Origin: Octopus vulgaris
Lineage: Eukaryota
DNA length: 64,000 nt
Assembly: GCA_951406725.2 (NCBI GenBank)
Contig: OX597833.1
Location: forward strand, 7,130,001-7,194,000
Direction of reading: 5' to 3'
This document shows positions 63,110 to 64,000 of this stretch, piece by piece; the stretch's first letter is position 1, and each line of letters opens with the position of its first letter. The notes under the pieces were generated by a model that did no database searches, had not been told where the DNA came from, and saw nothing but the letters and a program-made list of their open reading frames with translations. The position numbers were made by a program, and so were the translations under genes.

Positions 63110-63467
63110 CACAAGCACACACTCACAAACACACACACACACACTCACAAACACACGCACTCACAACACGCACACACAAACACACGCACACACAAACACA
63201 TGCACACACAAACATGCATGCACAAACACGCACACACACAAACACGCACACAAACACACACACACAAACACACACACACAAACACACGCACACAAACACA
63301 CACACACACACAAACACAAACACATGCACACACAAACACATGCACACACAAACACACACAAATACGCACACACAAACACACACACACACAAACACATGCA
63401 CACACAAACACATGCACACACAAGCACACACACACACACACACACAAACACACACTCACAAACACAT

Positions 63468-63516
<49 letters not shown>

Positions 63517-63815
63517 AACACATGCACACACAAACACATGCACACACAAGCACGCATGCACACACAAACACGCATGCACAAACACACACTCACACAAACA
63601 CACACTCACACAAACACACGCACACACAAACACACACACACAAACACACACTCACACAAACACACGCACACACAAACACATGCACACACAAACACACACT
63701 CATACAAACACACGCACACACAAACACATGCACACACAAACACGCATGCACACTCAAACACACACACACAAACACACGCACACACAAACACATGCATGCA
63801 CAAACACATGCACTC
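63110..63815. repeat. Degenerate (CA)n-derived satellite
   Basis: Seen directly; source of the H/T-rich ORFs. Confidence 0.95.
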
Positions 63816-63959
63816 ACGGTCTACATTTCTTGTAGTAGTTGAACACTGTCTTCTTGAATGTCCTTCAAGAACCTTACACTTTGTCGGTCTCTGTTTCAAT
63901 GTTAATGATGACAAGAAAATGATGAAGATGATGTTGATGATATTTTTATATACTTTCAG

Positions 63960-64000
63960 CTATGCCATATATTGGTGATGAGATTCTTGCAGTAACACTC
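63960..64000 (+). CDS. STRIP1: STRIP1/FAM40-like exon 8 (partial, truncated by the window end)
   Basis: Acceptor tttcag. Phase 1 gives TMPYIGDEILAVTL, which aligns with the P....E..A..LF segment of STRIP proteins. Confidence 0.75.

Overview
AT-rich, repeat-dense animal genomic DNA, most likely an octopus (inferred from the tRNA-derived SINE families and microsatellite load; not verifiable here). I reconstructed two divergently oriented, intron-rich genes exon by exon. The first is a complete MBD4-type gene (methyl-CpG-binding domain plus HhH-GPD glycosylase; minus strand, 7 coding exons, ATG 43033 to TAA 9676, 569 aa). The second is the 5' part of a STRIP1/FAM40 gene (plus strand, ATG 50748, 8 exons seen, one GC-AG intron, runs off the window). 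Introns and flanks contain SINEs, CR1, RTE and R4/Dong LINE fragments, a non-autonomous Helitron and four types of MITE. The main finding is a set of at least six unrelated short non-coding element families that sit in or next to (TA)n/(CA)n tracts. They mostly occur as inverted or tandem-plus-inverted copies and carry minimal type-I hammerhead ribozyme motifs, some with variant cores. This resembles Penelope pseudo-LTR / retrozyme-like elements, and several copies lie in the sense strand of the host pre-mRNAs. All folds were made by eye and nothing was searched or computed. Most ORFs in the supplied track are microsatellite or SINE artefacts.
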